DNA of 53,328 nt, filler included, from Sphacelaria rigidula (Eukaryota), in NCBI GenBank assembly GCA_964200075.2. It is 4 parts of 4 records of this genome, joined end to end, with 100 filler letters (N's around TTAATTAATTAA, not from the genome) between each part and the next. Parts side by side here need not be neighbours in the genome. Positions count along the whole stretch, not along the records: positions 40,075 to 53,328 come from CAXNAA020003023.1; 3 more parts are not named here. One strand, given 5' to 3'. Position 1 is the stretch's first letter; every line of letters begins with the position of its first letter. The notes beneath the pieces were generated by a model. That model saw only the letters and a program-made list of their open reading frames with translations, was not told the origin of the DNA and made no database searches. Of the stretch, positions 50,767-53,328 are shown one piece after another. A program made the position numbers and the translations under genes.

Positions 50767-51791
50767 TAGGCCGGGATAAGGTTTTCGCCGCCGACGCATC
50801 GGCCGAAGAGATGGCTTGGGATTTGGTCGATTTTGCGGCGTGGCGTTTCGATTCCCAAGAGAACGTAGCTAGTACGATATCGGGCGAGTTTGCGGCGGTG
50901 CAGTATTTTCATAGGATGGAGGTACAAGTAGAAGTCGTCACCACGTCTCCGGTGTTGAAGTGTGAGTTAAAAGGGATTGCGAGATCTCATGCTGACACAG
51001 GCACGTGCCGTCGAACTCGCCTTCCGGTCACATGGCGGATGATGTTGGACGGACAGTGTTTGATCCCATCGTGGGGCGTTGGGGGAAAGGTGCTTTGGCT
51101 TTGCTTGAGCTTGAGCTATTTTCTGCTCACACGGTCGGAGGAGATGTTTGCGAGTACGTCGGGGATGGTACATTCAGTGCATTGTCTTACACGTAGGGAC
51201 GTGGCGTTTTTTTCAGGGGATAACCAGCTGGACTATTTGCAGTGGCGCCAAGCTGACAGGATAGAGATACATTTCCGGGGCCACAAAGGGGATCAGGAGC
51301 AGAGGGGCGAAGTAAGGGTCCGTACGCGAGAAGGAGTTCGTGGTCCGCATGCGGGGTACAAAGCAGACGGCGGTGCAGTTGCTCTGATGTTGGAGTTGTT
51401 GTCATGCTACGCGACATTGCCCGCAGACGCTCCACTATCTTCTTACCGCTATGGTCGGGAAGTCAAATTATGGAAGTACAACGAGGCACTTCGAGCGTCG
51501 AGAGAGGTAGTCGAAAAGTCGGGTCGCGACCCGAAAGACTTTGCTTTACACTCGTTGAGGATCGGAGGGACATCCACTATGGTAGCAGGGGGAGAAAAAT
51601 CTGATCGAATAGCGCAGAGGGAAGAAAGGTGGAAGTCAGATGCATACAAGGCGTACACTGTAAACAACATAGAAGACTCGCGACGAGTATCGCGCATTCT
51701 TGGAGATAAGAAAAGGGGAGTTAGTAGACAACCATGGGAAGGAACTGTGGTGGGGAGTTATAAGAAGAGGCGGCGAATTCCGATGCAGTGA
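50619..51791 (+). CDS. Tyrosine recombinase (lambda-integrase family, DIRS/Ngaro type), 390 aa
   Basis: N-terminal SIAASSKRNY..GFRSW..F. Catalytic R (YFLLTRSEE), K (HKGDQ), H-x-x-R (HSLRIGG), W (RWKS) and Y (DAYKAY). Overlaps the RNase H end by 148 nt in another frame; true start unknown. Confidence 0.92.
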   Translation: MLAGAAARARSSGPYFRGLSVELVGKSIAASSKRNYEAGFRSWCLFRVLIGRDKVFAADASAEEMAWDLVDFAAWRFDSQENVASTISGEFAAVQYFHRMEVQVEVVTTSPVLKCELKGIARSHADTGTCRRTRLPVTWRMMLDGQCLIPSWGVGGKVLWLCLSLSYFLLTRSEEMFASTSGMVHSVHCLTRRDVAFFSGDNQLDYLQWRQADRIEIHFRGHKGDQEQRGEVRVRTREGVRGPHAGYKADGGAVALMLELLSCYATLPADAPLSSYRYGREVKLWKYNEALRASREVVEKSGRDPKDFALHSLRIGGTSTMVAGGEKSDRIAQREERWKSDAYKAYTVNNIEDSRRVSRILGDKKRGVSRQPWEGTVVGSYKKRRRIPMQ

Positions 51792-51807
51792 AAAACTCCA
51801 CGACCTC

Positions 51808-52061
51808 GATATGGGTGAAGGGATGGTAGAGTACCATTTGGGGACTTGGTCGTTCGAGATTTTCACGTACATTAGGAGCGTTTATGTGTCCCCCTGGTTG
51901 TTCTTAGGGAGAGAGAGAGAGAGACAGTTTACATGAGCAGAGACGCAATAGTCTATGGCAGAAGGGTTTAGAGATCGTGCCCTGCAAGCAGTCGGCTCTC
52001 TCTCTTTTGCCTTCGGGCCCAAAAATATTGATGAAAAAGGCAATTCGAAAGAAAAGCAATA
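51808..52061 (+). repeat. Split direct repeat B1
   Basis: GATAT.GGGTGAAGGGATGGTAGAGTACCATTTG ... GGCAATTCGAAAGAAA.GCAATA, repeated at 52459-52721. Confidence 0.93.
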
Positions 52062-52402
52062 AAGGGGAGGTTTGTTCAGAAAGAAGCAAACTGTCGTTTA
52101 TTGCAAACAACCAATTGGCCAAAGAGGCGTCTATTAGTTCAGCCGCTCTTTTTGGGTCACGGAGGAACAGTCAAATAGTCAGCCTCCTTTTTATTATTTC
52201 AGTCGCTCTTTGAGGGTCACGGGGGAACAGTTGAATAGTCAGCCCCAAGCGTTCACTTTGCGGGCAAGTCCACGGATAGTCATGACAAGGAAACACAAAT
52301 CAGCGCAGGTTGGAGACACAAAAGGTAAACAGAGAGAACATAGAAGGAGTTGGGCCAGTTCGACAGGGGCCAACAAGTTTAATCGATTAGGTGCGCCTTT
52401 TT
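52060..52402 (+). repeat. Split direct repeat A2
   Basis: Copy of 44148-44490, directly abutting B1. Confidence 0.93.
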
Positions 52403-52458
52403 CCCGCCCACCCACCCGTTTTCTTTCGAAGGTGGGAGGGAATGGAGAGGGATTGCTT

Positions 52459-52721
52459 GATATAGGGTGAAGGGATGGTAGAGTACCATTTGAGGACTTG
52501 GTCGTTTGAGATTTTCACGTACATTAGGAGCGTTTATGTGTCCCCCTGGTTGTTCTTAGGGAGAGAGAGAGAGAGACAGTTTTCATGAGCAGAGACCCGA
52601 TAGTCTATGACAGAAGGGTTTGGAGATCGTGCCCTGCAAGCAGTCGGCTCTCTCTCTCTCTCTCTTTTGCCTTCGGGCCCGAAAATATTTATGAAAAAGG
52701 CAATTCGAAAGAAACGCAATA
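52459..52721 (+). repeat. Split direct repeat B2 (right end of the element)
   Basis: Copy of B1; similarity stops after GCAATA. Confidence 0.93.
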
Positions 52722-53328
52722 CATTAGATGTCCTCCGCAAATCAGTCGATACTATAGCAGCTATGACGAACACCCCCTCACGAGGCGAGCCTTCTAGCAT
52801 GAGGAGATGTCGACAATTTGGGTATTCGAAGTTTTGAACTTTGTTTTTCATTGGAAAAAAAAAGTTTCTTCGATCATTGAGTCTGAAGGCCAACCCAAAC
52901 CACCTACTACCGAAACAACAAATGCCACTACATACACTCAGTGGGGCATTGAAGCCTCTGGACACAGTATATTGTAGCCTTTGGCCTCTCGCCCGTCAAG
53001 CAGCAAGCTACAAGCTACCGACCCCACCACACCCCATCATCTACGATCAGTCGACAGTTGAAATCTTGTCAAACATCCGGCTCCGATTGTACTTGATCAC
53101 AACCGCGGATTCGATCCGATCCCAGCTGAAGCCCCAACTGCGACGTAATCGCTAGCAAAGCAAGGCCACGACCCAAGATGGGAGAGTATGTGGCTTGCTG
53201 ATCCTGTTTTCGGCTCGTAACTCAAACCGTATGTTTTTCTCATACAAGGGCAGTCGTCGACCGTAGACAGCTGCGGTTGAAAGTAAGCACTGAGCTCCTT
53301 CTGAAAAGGAAACACCACTGTGATATAT

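Larger units (their letters stand above)
44148..52721 (+). mobile_element. Tyrosine-recombinase (DIRS-order) retrotransposon with split direct repeats, Ngaro-like
   Basis: Layout A1 - gag - RT/RH - YR - B1 - A2 - B2. DIRS-type RT and RNase H motifs; no methyltransferase after RNase H. A small N gap at 46649-46657 lies between A1 and gag. Confidence 0.9.

Noticed and set aside
50619-51791. Phage integrase / prophage or Crypton
   Set aside because: The YR overlaps a DIRS-type RNase H and lies inside split direct repeats, so it belongs to the retroelement.
52841-53155. Possible copia RNase H remnant (FLRSL...PIIYDQSTVEILSN)
   Set aside because: The resemblance is too weak, and the flanking conserved motifs (SSTEAEY, KHID) are absent.

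Overview
Eukaryotic, transposon-rich DNA. The repeat families and short GT-AG introns resemble brown algal (Ectocarpus-like) genomes, but that is my inference and is not verified. The window is not one locus. Three identical 100-bp spacers (N44-TTAATTAATTAA-N44) join four pieces of 13261, 13258, 13255 and 13254 bp, which looks like unplaced scaffolds concatenated in order of size. Piece 1 (1-13261) holds decayed, short-intron coding sequence of unknown function on both strands, cut by a TA-flanked TIR element. Piece 2 (13362-26619) is a mosaic of duplicated non-autonomous elements. It includes arrays of about 100-bp CCCT...AGGG units with piggyBac-like TTAA/TTGA junctions, plus one clean coiled-coil exon. 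Piece 3 (26720-39974) carries LINE 3' remnants, several palindromic MITEs and GGATATCC-rich repeats. Piece 4 (40075-53328) carries a LINE 3' end, a MITE, and a putative LTR with a decayed copia-type gag. Abutting that gag is an 8.6-kb tyrosine-recombinase retrotransposon with split direct repeats (A1-ORFs-B1-A2-B2, Ngaro-like). It has an open gag-like ORF, a disrupted RT/RNase H and an open YR ORF. Its most unusual traits are two. Gag and pol are in the same frame, separated by one UAG followed by a 7-nt spacer and a GC-rich hairpin, a candidate retrovirus-style readthrough signal. A roughly 240-bp-period repeat array also sits in its 5' leader.
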